This document shows, one piece after another, positions 1 through 9,900 of a stretch of 64,000 nt of DNA. The translations under genes were made by a program, and so were the position numbers. The DNA is from Clostridia bacterium. Lineage in GTDB: Bacteria; Bacillota; Clostridia; Christensenellales; Pumilibacteraceae. The stretch covers positions 26,587 to 90,586 of the forward strand of contig JAGAPD010000033.1 of NCBI GenBank assembly GCA_017623435.1, written 5' to 3'. The notes under the pieces are model-generated. The model did not search any database and was not told the origin of the DNA. It saw only the letters and a program-made list of their open reading frames with translations. How positions within the stretch are numbered: the stretch's first letter is position 1; every line of letters starts with the position of its first letter.

Positions 1-1663
1 CGGTGTATTCGTACAAAATTACGTTGTTGCAAACGAACGTAGGGCTTGAGTTTCCTGCTACGAACGCGCCCTCACAGTCGGGAAGCTCGCTTTTCGTAAC
101 GTGGAAAAGCACGTTTTCAATCGTTCCCCAAACTGAAATACCGATAATAGACGAATATTGCTCGCTTGAAATAGTTACGTTAGTGAACGCTACGTTCTTA
201 ATAACGCCCGTTTTCCACAAGTAGCCGAACAATCCACCCTGTCTATAAACGCCACCGTTTATAGTATATCCGCGACCGTCAAAGATTCCGCAAAAGCCTG
301 CGCCTTCTTCAGCGTCTTTCCAAATACGCATATATTTGTGTTCGTTGATATTCTGTACTGCTCTATCGCCAAGGTCTATATTTGCGCCTAACACGAAGTA
401 ACCGTCGTAACTTTCTTCCGTACCCGTGTTGTTCCAAAGCTCCCAAGTGATAGATTTTACGTTAGGCGCGTAGGACTCAAGCGCCAAAAGCTCGTCCGCC
501 GTCGTTATAACCTTTGTCACTACGGTAACGGAAACGGCGTAGGTAATATCGTCAAGCTCAACTCCGATTGCTCTTTCGCCCGTAGCCATTGCGCTCTTTT
601 TGAAAGAAACGGCCGTATTTTGCGCCGTGAAAGCAATATCGATTGCCTCTTCGCCCGTGATATCCGTAATTTTTACTACGTTATCAGCCGTATAAGAAGT
701 GCCCTCGAAAAGCGCGCTTAAATCTACGCTTGCATTCTCTCCGCTTTGGGCGTTGAGGTCGATTAAGTCGTCAAACGCGACGCTGACGGTGGGCTTTTCT
801 ACCACGACGGGAAGATTTACGGTGAAATCCTTGCCGTTAGAGGTATACGTCGCGCTGATTATTACTTCGCCTACGCCCGTAGCCGTGATTACGCCACCGT
901 TTACGGTTGCAATTTCGTCGTCCGCACTTTTCCAAGTGATAGAAGGCGACGATAAAAGCTGACCGTTTTCGTAAATTTCAGCATTTACGGTAGCGCTCTT
1001 TTTATAGTCCGCTACCTCGCTCGTGCCCAGCACTAAGCTCGTTTCGCTAAGCGTAAAGGATACGTTTTCTATTACGGTTACGCTGATATTTTCGTAGGTC
1101 TGATATCCAAGATAAATCGCCGTTACGGTTACGGTCGTACTGCCCGGCTTTAGCGCGGTAATTACGCCGTCCAAAACGCTTACTATCTCGGAATCTTCTA
1201 CTAAATAAGCAAAGGTCGCGTTAAGCGTATTTCCTTTATAATTAAGCGTAGGCGTTACGATAAAGGTGTTACCTGCTTTAATCGTTTCTTCCGTAGAGCC
1301 AAGCGTGAGCACGGGCACTTGACCGCTGGATACGATCGTTATAGTGCAAGTCGCGCTCTTATCCCCTACGCTTGCCGTAACGGTAACTTCTCCCTCCGCA
1401 AGCGAGGTAACGACGCCACCGTTTACGGTAGCTTTGCTCGTGTCCGAGCTCGTCCATACCACTTCGCCCGTCAAATTTTCTTTACTCGCCGTAAGCGTTA
1501 GCGTTTCGTACAAGTCCATTGACGCCACGCTTTTATTAAGCGTTATTTTTTCAACGGGCGGTGGCGTAGGATCGCTTGGCGTAGTAGGCGCACAAGCAAA
1601 TATCATACTCAGCGCCGTTACCGTCAAGACGATAAGCGCCAAAATTTTTGAAAATCTTTTCAT
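1..1663 (-). CDS. Cassette-1 gene C: BIG2 + beta-helix-module surface lipoprotein, 3' end cut by window edge (paralog of 6929..11527)
   Basis: Missing from the ORF track because it runs off the left edge. The reverse complement has AGGAGGG then ATG at 1663..1661. It reads MKRFSKILALIVLTVTALSMIFAC (lipobox) and stays open to nt 1. The N-terminus aligns with the 1532-aa paralog (ETLTLTASKENLTGEVVWTSSD). It ends in the module motifs DGYFVLGANIDLG, FDGRGYTINGG and GGLFGYLWKTGVIKNV. Confidence 0.85.
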   Translation of the reverse strand, partial: MKRFSKILALIVLTVTALSMIFACAPTTPSDPTPPPVEKITLNKSVASMDLYETLTLTASKENLTGEVVWTSSDTSKATVNGGVVTSLAEGEVTVTASVGDKSATCTITIVSSGQVPVLTLGSTEETIKAGNTFIVTPTLNYKGNTLNATFAYLVEDSEIVSVLDGVITALKPGSTTVTVTAIYLGYQTYENISVTVIENVSFTLSETSLVLGTSEVADYKKSATVNAEIYENGQLLSSPSITWKSADDEIATVNGGVITATGVGEVIISATYTSNGKDFTVNLPVVVEKPTVSVAFDDLIDLNAQSGENASVDLSALFEGTSYTADNVVKITDITGEEAIDIAFTAQNTAVSFKKSAMATGERAIGVELDDITYAVSVTVVTKVITTADELLALESYAPNVKSITWELWNNTGTEESYDGYFVLGANIDLGDRAVQNINEHKYMRIWKDAEEGAGFCGIFDGRGYTINGGVYRQGGLFGYLWKTGVIKNVAFTNVTISSEQYSSIIGISVWGTIENVLFHVTKSELPDCEGAFVAGNSSPTFVCNNVILYEYT

Positions 1664-1679
1664 CTTTCCCTCCTGATAA

Positions 1680-3641
1680 TTATATACCCCAGTTATCCCA
1701 CAAACTGTCAACGGTGTTAGCCTCTCTTATATGAGAAATACCAAGGCGCGTTACGTCCTCCTTAAAGGATTTCTTCATCTCTTGAAGCTCGTCGTCATTG
1801 TAGTAGGTAAAGTAAAGCGTAATATCAATCAAGCGATACGGCAAAGTTTCCATACAAATACGATCGTAAAGCTTTTCGTACAAAGCGTAATCGCTGTTTT
1901 TGAGTGGCTCGATTGCGTCGTAAGCGTCATCAAAGTGACCAAGCATCGTATTAACTATTCCCTTGGGCCAGTATTCAGTCTTTATAAGGTCGTTTTTGTA
2001 AGGTCCGGGGATATTTTTCTCCGTTTTAAGATACTCAAACCAAGTGTTATAAAGTTTAAGCGCCTCCTTCATCGGTCCTGCGGCGTTTTTGTAGAAGTTG
2101 TTCATAAAATCTTCGATAAGTTTATTTTTATCCGCCAAAACGTTCCATTGAAGCTTTGCTTGTAAATACTCTTTCAAGAACGCCCAGTCAGTCGAATAAG
2201 AGTTATTAAACTGCATTTGGTCAAAAATATAACTTACGTCGTGCGCCTTAAAGAAGATATAGTTGGGTTGCATCTGGTTAAGACTATTGTAGGGATCGAA
2301 ATAATCAGGGAATCTCGTGCTATACACCCACAAATACATATGCGAAGAAAGTACGCACCACTTATCCATCGTTTCCCTATAAGTAAGATTGTCAACGTGA
2401 TAGAAGTCACGAAGGTAATCCGCACGAATAGGCGCATAAAAACAGAACACGTTGTCACGGCAGATTACGCTCTCGTCAATAGGCACCCACTCGCCCTCTG
2501 CGTTTTTAACCACGGGCGCGTTAGTCGTCGTATTATACGCAAAGAAACAGATATTTACTTTGCGGTCAATATTATTTGCGGTAAAATATTCTTCAAGCGC
2601 TATGGATACTTTGTTGCAAAAATGCACGATATCCGCTCCGTCCGTGCCGTACTTTTCAAATTTTCCTTTACAAACGTCGCATCTACACCAAGTATTATAG
2701 TCCTCTTGCGTGATGGATATATTGTCAACGTCGGGGTTTGACTCAATTACGTCGATAAAGGCTTTCATAAACTCGTCAAACATAAGCTTTTGCTCTTCCT
2801 CGTCGCCGTGAGCGTTCAAGCAAAGCTGAGTTAAGTCCGTGCTATACCACTTGGGGTGGCTTTCAAACCACTTACTCGTAGGAAGATATTCTAGCGTGTT
2901 ATGCACGAAACCGTTATTCGGCCCCATCCAAATCTTGCCGGAAGTATTGAACGCGTTGTGTCTTAATCTAAGTCGCGTAGTCTTATCGTTATTGAGCCAA
3001 CCTTGCGCGGCTAAACGGTAAGTAAAGTCAGGCACGTCCACGATATCAAATTCGTGCAATTTCAAATCGCTAGTAACGCTATACACGGTTTCGTTTTGCG
3101 AATACGTTTCCCAGCCGATTTCGTGATAAAGGAACTCGTAAGCCGACCAAAGCGTACCAAAGTCGCCTCCGCCAACGAGGAATACGGAGTTTCCTTTCGT
3201 GATAATCGTATATCCCGAGCGAGTAAGAAGATCTTTATCCACTTCTATTCCCGCCTTTTCAACGAGCGCGGTGTCACCGAAAGAAATATACTTGCTGTTA
3301 TCGTCGTAAGGAAGGTCTTCGTCGCTGATAACGGCTATTTCTGCACCCGTTGCAAGACCTAAAAATAACTGAATTTCACTTGCTCCAAAGGTGGTTTCTT
3401 CGTTAGTAGGATTTTTAGGGATTACGATTTTGTAATCGGACTTGCCGTTCGTTACCAAATCCTTCGTGCCGGGAGTAACGTTTATTTCGTGAATGGTATG
3501 AAGCGTTTCTTTCATTGCCTCGCTTGTCACCGAAAACGATCCTTTGGGCTTTTCACCCGTAGAAGTATCGCACGCAACTGCGCTAAAAGCAGTTACTACG
3601 CTAAATAGAACAAGAAGAATTTTGCTAAATATTTTTTTCAT
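1680..3641 (-). CDS. Cassette-1 gene B: DUF4838-like putative glycoside-hydrolase-type lipoprotein
   Basis: 653-aa ORF with signal peptide and lipobox (FSAVAC), starting 14 nt after gene A stop. The N-terminal segment resembles the GH20b/GH67N-like part of DUF4838 (DYKIVIP, GYTIITKGNSVFLVGGGDFGTLWSAYEFL). It carries an ITQEDYNTWCRCDVC motif. It aligns along its full length with 11544..13526. Confidence 0.8.
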   Translation of the reverse strand: MKKIFSKILLVLFSVVTAFSAVACDTSTGEKPKGSFSVTSEAMKETLHTIHEINVTPGTKDLVTNGKSDYKIVIPKNPTNEETTFGASEIQLFLGLATGAEIAVISDEDLPYDDNSKYISFGDTALVEKAGIEVDKDLLTRSGYTIITKGNSVFLVGGGDFGTLWSAYEFLYHEIGWETYSQNETVYSVTSDLKLHEFDIVDVPDFTYRLAAQGWLNNDKTTRLRLRHNAFNTSGKIWMGPNNGFVHNTLEYLPTSKWFESHPKWYSTDLTQLCLNAHGDEEEQKLMFDEFMKAFIDVIESNPDVDNISITQEDYNTWCRCDVCKGKFEKYGTDGADIVHFCNKVSIALEEYFTANNIDRKVNICFFAYNTTTNAPVVKNAEGEWVPIDESVICRDNVFCFYAPIRADYLRDFYHVDNLTYRETMDKWCVLSSHMYLWVYSTRFPDYFDPYNSLNQMQPNYIFFKAHDVSYIFDQMQFNNSYSTDWAFLKEYLQAKLQWNVLADKNKLIEDFMNNFYKNAAGPMKEALKLYNTWFEYLKTEKNIPGPYKNDLIKTEYWPKGIVNTMLGHFDDAYDAIEPLKNSDYALYEKLYDRICMETLPYRLIDITLYFTYYNDDELQEMKKSFKEDVTRLGISHIREANTVDSLWDNWGI

Positions 3642-3655
3642 TATGCTTATCCTCC

Positions 3656-6600
3656 TTACTCGGTTACCGTCAACTCTTGGTCGACGATGGTTGCATTACC
3701 CGTGCCGTCTACTGCAAAATAGCGTAGGACGTACGTGCCCGTTTCGCTTGCAATAAACGAATTACAGTCTTTCATATTGACCGTATAGATAGTACCCATA
3801 GGACAGATTACGAAACAACATACGGTCATTTCTTCTTCGGGCGTGTTGTCGTCAATCGCGCTGAAGGGGGCGAACACGACAACCGTATTTTTCTTAACGC
3901 TCGTAGCGTTATTGCGTGAAATAACGATTACCGATTTTTCCTTATCAATAACGGTGAAAAGCACGGAAGCATTTACGGCGTTACCTGCGTCGTCTTTCGT
4001 GGAATAAGTGACGCGATACTGTCCGTACATAGAAAGTTTTATTTTATATTCTCTGTCTGCAGAAACGCCACCAAGAAGCAATCCCTCCTCGTCCGTTACG
4101 ACGTTACCAGTAGGATCAAAGACGCGAACGGTAAGGCTAACCTCGGGATCAAGCACATCTGATGCAATCGCCGGGAAAAGGGTTACCACCTCGTTAATCT
4201 CACGCGTACGCGTTCCTTCCGTCGTGGTGCTGATACGGGGCGCAACACGGTCAAGTACCGTCTTTTCTGCAATTTCTTGTCCGTTAATTCTTCTTACTCT
4301 TATTATAGCCGTGTCGCTAACTCCCTCAAAGTCAAAGCAAAGTCTTACTCTACCCGACGCAAATCCGTCAAACGCGCTTCCGTCCTCCCACTTAGTTACG
4401 GATATAAAGTTCGTACCGTCAAGCGCGATTTTTTTACCGTAGGCGTCGTAGGAAACGTTAAACTCGCCGTTAGCGTAATTAATCGCCGTTTCGTAAGGTC
4501 CTGCGCCGTTTATAAGCACGTTGGTGTTATTTAAATTACCTTGACTTAACTTCAAAACGAGCGATTTGTTAGAATCGTTTTCGTCCGTCAATTTTACCGT
4601 TACGCTTTGAGGCGCATCGTTTTCGTTGCCCATAAAGAAGTTGCACGCAAATTTATCAGCAATAAGAGGATTGATAAATTCGACGCTTGCGTTCTCAGTA
4701 GCGCTAATCTCAACGTAATCATTCTGGGTAGTTACGGTTGCGTTTTCAGTAAAGAAATATCTACCCACGTCTAATCTCTGATTTTCGTTAACTAACCTTT
4801 TAACGTTGACTACCGTTACGGGGTATTCCCTTACGGTCGTGCCTGCGCTATTCGTGGACTCGTATCTGATTTTCATCGTTTTGGTAGCGCCCACTTCGTT
4901 TAGCTTAAAGTTTGCAATATTGCCGTCAAGCGTGCGCTCACCGTCGTCGTCAGTTATCTTGATAGTAACGGGCACGTTAACTTCCTGCGCACTAAAATCA
5001 CGCGCTATAATCGTAGGCAAAGTATAATCGTAGCCTGCGATAAAACGTTTAGGAAGTACTACGTCGCGTTCAAACACGGGTTTGTCGGACACGGTAACTG
5101 CCACTTCGTATTCGTAAACGGCTTGCGTAGAAACGTAATCAATTGCGGTAAATCTAACGGTATAAGTATCTGCGCGCATAGGTAAGAACGCGTTATCAAT
5201 AATTTCCACTTCCTTGCCGCTACCATCCGTAACAACGGGCGTGATTGCAATTTTACCGCTACCGCCAGATGCGCTTGCCGTAGGCAAGGTGATAAGTTCG
5301 CCGACGCTTGACGAGGTAACTCTGTTATTCGTTTCAACGTTAAGGGAAACGGGCGTGCTCGTTTTGTCACAAACGATAACGTGCACGATTTCACTCACGT
5401 TACCCGAGTAGTCAGTCGCCTTATAAACGACGTAGTAATTACCGGGCACTTCAGGCGTAAATTTGCCGTCCTTAACGCTTACCGAGCTTTGCGTGGGCGA
5501 TCCGTAGTTTTGATATACCCTAACGCTGGGCGTGAGTTTACCCGAATAAGAATCGATTGCAGTTGCGCTGAACACGGGATAAGGTTGACCTGCTACCGCG
5601 CGAGGAAGATTTTTCGCGTCGTAGCCAAGCGTATCAATATCAATACGGGGCGCGTCGTTATCAGTAATTTTAAGCGCAGTAAGGTCCTCGTTCGCTACGG
5701 AAGTAATCACAAAATTAAAGTTATTCTTGCTTAAATCTTTTGCGGTAATAGACAAGAACACTTCACCCGTAGAAAAGCCTTCCCACGGCTCGCTAAAATG
5801 CTTGGGATTATCAAGGTCAATAATTTCTCTATCGCCGTAGTCTGAACCTTGCGTAAGCACTTTTTTAGTGTCTAAATCAAGAAAAAGCTGGAGTTGTCCC
5901 GAACTGTTCTTTGCCGTTAAGAAATTTTCGTTAGCCTCTCCTTTGGTGTCGCATCCATAGAAAGTGAAAACTTGCGGAAAACCGTAACTGTTATTTTGAT
6001 GCAATTTATTAAACTTCTTTTCGTAGCCCGTCAAAGGTTGGAAGGATGCACCTGCTTGGATATAACTCGTAGCTGCGGCGTATCCGTTACCCGAAATACT
6101 ACTTATAACCCTGATTTTTACGAAGTTTGTGGGATCGTATATATCGGTGAGTTTTATCGTAAACTCCTGTGCCTCGTATTCACGAATAGTTTCGGGCGTT
6201 ACGTACATTGAGATAAAAGGATTTTTATCTCCAAGCCCGTTTAGGTTAATCACCTTATTAAACTTAAACTCGCCGTTAGCGCTTAGTCCAACCATAATAC
6301 CTTGCGTATTGGGCGTAAGAGGATGCGCGCCATAAGAAGCAGAGTTATTCTTACCTACCACGTCGTATAAATTACTATATACGGAAAACTTCTTACTCGT
6401 CGTAAGATACTTTCCGCTATCAGTCATAGCCCAATAGGTAACCGTATATTCCCCCATCGTCGCGAGCGTAATTTTATCAGTAACGTATCTCGTTCCGTCA
6501 GGACAGTTTATATACTTGTTTGCCTTAATTTGCTCGCCCCCGTCCGTAAAGTAAGCGTCGGGCACGGCAATCTCCGTACCTGCTTTGTACTCGCTCTCAA

Positions 6601-6733
6601 ACCCAGCGATTACGTTACTTACGTCCGCAGACGCAAAACCCTTAGTCCCCACGACTAACGCTATTCCGCTAATCGCAAGTACCAAAGCAAAGAAAATGGG
6701 CAAAAATACTTTCGTCCGCACTCTTCTCTTCAT
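3656..6733 (-). CDS. Cassette-1 gene A: N-terminally membrane-anchored multi-Ig-domain surface protein
   Basis: Long ORF. The likely start is ATG at 6733 (MKRRVRTKVFLPIFFALVLAISGIALVV), preceded by AGGAGGA; the track start at 6769 lacks an RBS. A single N-terminal hydrophobic helix is followed by repeated Ig-like segments with DUF5011/HYR-like signatures (ATDYSGNVSEIVHVIV, AVDGTGNAT, KDDAGNAV). Confidence 0.85.
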   Translation of the reverse strand: MKRRVRTKVFLPIFFALVLAISGIALVVGTKGFASADVSNVIAGFESEYKAGTEIAVPDAYFTDGGEQIKANKYINCPDGTRYVTDKITLATMGEYTVTYWAMTDSGKYLTTSKKFSVYSNLYDVVGKNNSASYGAHPLTPNTQGIMVGLSANGEFKFNKVINLNGLGDKNPFISMYVTPETIREYEAQEFTIKLTDIYDPTNFVKIRVISSISGNGYAAATSYIQAGASFQPLTGYEKKFNKLHQNNSYGFPQVFTFYGCDTKGEANENFLTAKNSSGQLQLFLDLDTKKVLTQGSDYGDREIIDLDNPKHFSEPWEGFSTGEVFLSITAKDLSKNNFNFVITSVANEDLTALKITDNDAPRIDIDTLGYDAKNLPRAVAGQPYPVFSATAIDSYSGKLTPSVRVYQNYGSPTQSSVSVKDGKFTPEVPGNYYVVYKATDYSGNVSEIVHVIVCDKTSTPVSLNVETNNRVTSSSVGELITLPTASASGGSGKIAITPVVTDGSGKEVEIIDNAFLPMRADTYTVRFTAIDYVSTQAVYEYEVAVTVSDKPVFERDVVLPKRFIAGYDYTLPTIIARDFSAQEVNVPVTIKITDDDGERTLDGNIANFKLNEVGATKTMKIRYESTNSAGTTVREYPVTVVNVKRLVNENQRLDVGRYFFTENATVTTQNDYVEISATENASVEFINPLIADKFACNFFMGNENDAPQSVTVKLTDENDSNKSLVLKLSQGNLNNTNVLINGAGPYETAINYANGEFNVSYDAYGKKIALDGTNFISVTKWEDGSAFDGFASGRVRLCFDFEGVSDTAIIRVRRINGQEIAEKTVLDRVAPRISTTTEGTRTREINEVVTLFPAIASDVLDPEVSLTVRVFDPTGNVVTDEEGLLLGGVSADREYKIKLSMYGQYRVTYSTKDDAGNAVNASVLFTVIDKEKSVIVISRNNATSVKKNTVVVFAPFSAIDDNTPEEEMTVCCFVICPMGTIYTVNMKDCNSFIASETGTYVLRYFAVDGTGNATIVDQELTVTE

Positions 6734-6795
6734 AAGTCCTCCTATCCGTATTACTATATCCAGTGTCAAAACGCACTTCTCATTATACTACCATT

Positions 6796-6824
6796 ATTAT
6801 ATAGTATAGGTTTTGCAATGTCAA
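6796..6824 (-). promoter_or_regulatory. Sigma-70-type promoter of cassette 1 (TTGACA-N17-TATAAT)
   Basis: Minus strand reads TTGACA (6824..6819), a 17-nt spacer, then TATAAT (6801..6796), about 60 nt upstream of the gene A start. Confidence 0.7.
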
Positions 6825-6864
6825 TTGTAAAATCTATACTTTTTAATTGTAGAAAATGAAATGT

Positions 6865-6907
6865 TTTTTTTAAAAAAATACACTCCGCTGGTTTTAAGCG
6901 GAGTGTA
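6865..6907 (-). terminator. Intrinsic terminator of cassette 2
   Basis: Stem ACACTCCGC / GCGGAGTGT (6881..6889 with 6899..6907). On the minus strand it is followed by a T8 run, 20 nt downstream of the 6929 stop. Confidence 0.75.
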
Positions 6908-6928
6908 TCTCGATAAAATATTTGCTTT

Positions 6929-9900
6929 TTACGCGTTATATGCGCTTACGAGCTCGATTGCAGTTGCCCAGTCGCCAGACGCGGTAGCCGCCCAAGCGGT
7001 ATAGTCCGCCATATTAGCAAAAGTCTTTGCCGTAGCGGTATCGTTAGCGTAAAGGTTTGCGCCCTGATAGTTAGATACGGGATCAATCGCAGGCGTCGTA
7101 CCGCCGTTTACTCTGCCAGTGTGTTTAGCCGCGAAAGGAAGAACTACGTTTCCACTCATTGCGTTGATAGCGATTACGTTGGTAAACGTTGCGCCAGTAT
7201 TCAAATTAGCATTATTATACTTCGTGCTCGTAATAATACCTGCAAGCGAATGGTTAAGCGTTTGACCGAATTCAGTAAGAATACCTACACAGTTGATATA
7301 CTTCGTAGTCGTGGAATTGTTACTGTTAGATGCAAACAATCCTGCACCTACGTTGGGGTTGCCGTCACCACCCGTGATTTTTCCGATTACGATTACGTTT
7401 TCAATCGTTCCGGAATTTGCACAAGTGATTGCGCCCGAACTTCCGTTTACAGTTACGTTCTTAATAACGGTGTTCTTGAACACGCCCTCGGCGTACATCA
7501 TTCTAAACAAGCCTTTGTCCTGACCATCAATTTTGTAGTTAGAAAGGGTATATCCACGTCCGTCGAATACGCCTCTCCAGCCACCAATCCAGCCACTACT
7601 CCATTGTCCCATTGCAGGATTGATTGACCTGTTTTCAAGGTCAATGTTTGCACCCAAAGCAACGTATCCCGTAAATCCTGCAGTCTTATCACCACTTACA
7701 TAGGATGCAGACTCAATGAAGTTAATGAATTCTTGCTTAGTCTTAATAACTTTATTAAGTACTTCAAGCGAATAAATATACTCATTTGCTTCCGTCAAGA
7801 CAATAAGCGTACGATCACCTGCGGTAAGGGTACTCTTATTTACGGTGACCGTTTCGCCACTGGCAGTATACGCAACCTCAACGTCGTTAACGGTTACTTT
7901 CTTGATTTGCTCACTAAGTCCTGCTATCGTTACGGCAAAGGTTGCATTTCCGTCACTAAGCTCTACGTCAACGGGGTTAGCCGTAAAATCGTGTTTCGTT
8001 GTTACGATCGCTTTTACCGTTACGTCTTTCTTAACGTTTGCATTTGCTTCCCAAGTGATAGTTACGGTAAACGTAGTGCTTTGGCTAAGCGTATTTGCAA
8101 TTTTAAGCACCTTACCATCAACCGTTGCAACGGACGAATCCGCGGTAGTGGTTACGTTAAAGCCGTAGCCGTCAATTTCGGGGAATACGTATTCCTTTCC
8201 GACGGTAAGCTCAATCATCTCGATATCGCCAAGCGCGTCAAGCACGGCTTGCTTTTGACTGGCAAAGATTGCTCTATCGCCCGTCATATCCCAAACGTTA
8301 GACCAGCCTTTACCATCAATACCTACGTCATCAAGTGTTTCCGTAATAGCGTTAGGCTCAAGAATACCAGTAAACTCGTTGCTCGTCGCTCTCTGCTGAC
8401 CAACGTAAGAGTCGGTAAATACAAACGTATTTTCGTACGTAGCACCGCTAAGAGATTTATGGTTGATAAATGCACTCAATCTGCCTGCATTAGTTTTATT
8501 CAAGTCGGTGTATTCGTACAATACTACGTTCTTGCAAACAGCAGTAGATCCTACGTTCATTGCAACGAAAGCGCCTTCACACTCGGGCATTTTACTTTCA
8601 ACAACGTGGAACAATACGTTTTCAAGTCTGCCCCAAAGCGAAACACCGATAATATTAGAGAACGCTTCAGCGCTAATTTTTGCATTAACAAAGGCAACGT
8701 TCTTAACTACACCAGTTTTCCAAAGGTATCCGAACAAGCCACCTTGTCCATATACACCCCCGTTAATGGTGTAACCTTGTCCATCAAATACGCCACTAAA
8801 GCCAGCGCTAGCTTCAACGTCATACCAAATACGTACAACGGATTTTACGTTTTTAACTTTACTATCTCCAAGGTCAATATTTGCACCAAGGATAAAGTAG
8901 CCGTCATAGTTTTCTTCAGATGCAGTACCACCCCAAAGTTCCCAAGAGTAAGTTTTCTTATTGGGAGCATAGGATTTAAGATTAAGAAGTTCATCTGCCG
9001 TAGTAATAATTTTGGATACGTTAAGCACGTTGAGTCTGTACGAGAAATCCTCGCCCGAAACGGTGAGCTCTACTACGCCGTGCTGTTTTGTTGCCTTATA
9101 GCCTGCCTGATCGAAGGTAAGCGTCGTACCTGCTTGAGTAAAGTCAAAGCCCACGCCGTTTACCGCGATATCGGTTACTTCCTTGCCGTCGATCTGATCA
9201 AGGTTAAGAACGAACGGCTCGTTACCACCCATATCGTACTGCGCTACCGGCTCGCCACGAAGGTCAACGATAGACATAGGCAAAATTCTTATTTGCTTTT
9301 CGGTTACTTCGTCAATTGAGAAAATGGAATAGGTTTGGAGCGTTACGGTAACGGGCTCAGTTACGGTAGACGCAACGATAAGCTTGCCGTTATCGTAAGA
9401 TACGCCCTCAATGTCTTCCTTAATAGATACGACCGAGAATTTAGCAGGGGTAGTAGCGATAGTATAAGACGCGCTTTCGCCCTTTGCTAAAACGTACTTG
9501 TCGTTTACGCCTACGAACGACGACGCGCCCTTGTCAACGTAGTTAAGGTACGCCTTAAACACGGGAACGCCCGAGGTCGTATCCCAGTATTTCTCGTCCC
9601 ACGCCGAAAGCGTAAACGAATTGCTTTTTGCAAGTGCCGCGTAGTTAGCGAAAACGTCTACGGGGTTAGATTGCGAGGAAAGAGTACGAATGGACGCGCC
9701 CTCGCCTATTGCGTGGCAGTTAGCAAACGTGCCGTTGTTTTCCCAGCCTGCAAAAAGCGCACTCGTGGTGCTATCAGCAGGATTAGTTACGTCGGCGATA
9801 ACGTTTTTATAGACGGGATTTGCGCCCTTGGTGGCAACGATACCGTGAATGCCCCAGCCTGCGTTGGAGGTTACGATACTGCCCTGAACGTAAACGTTTT

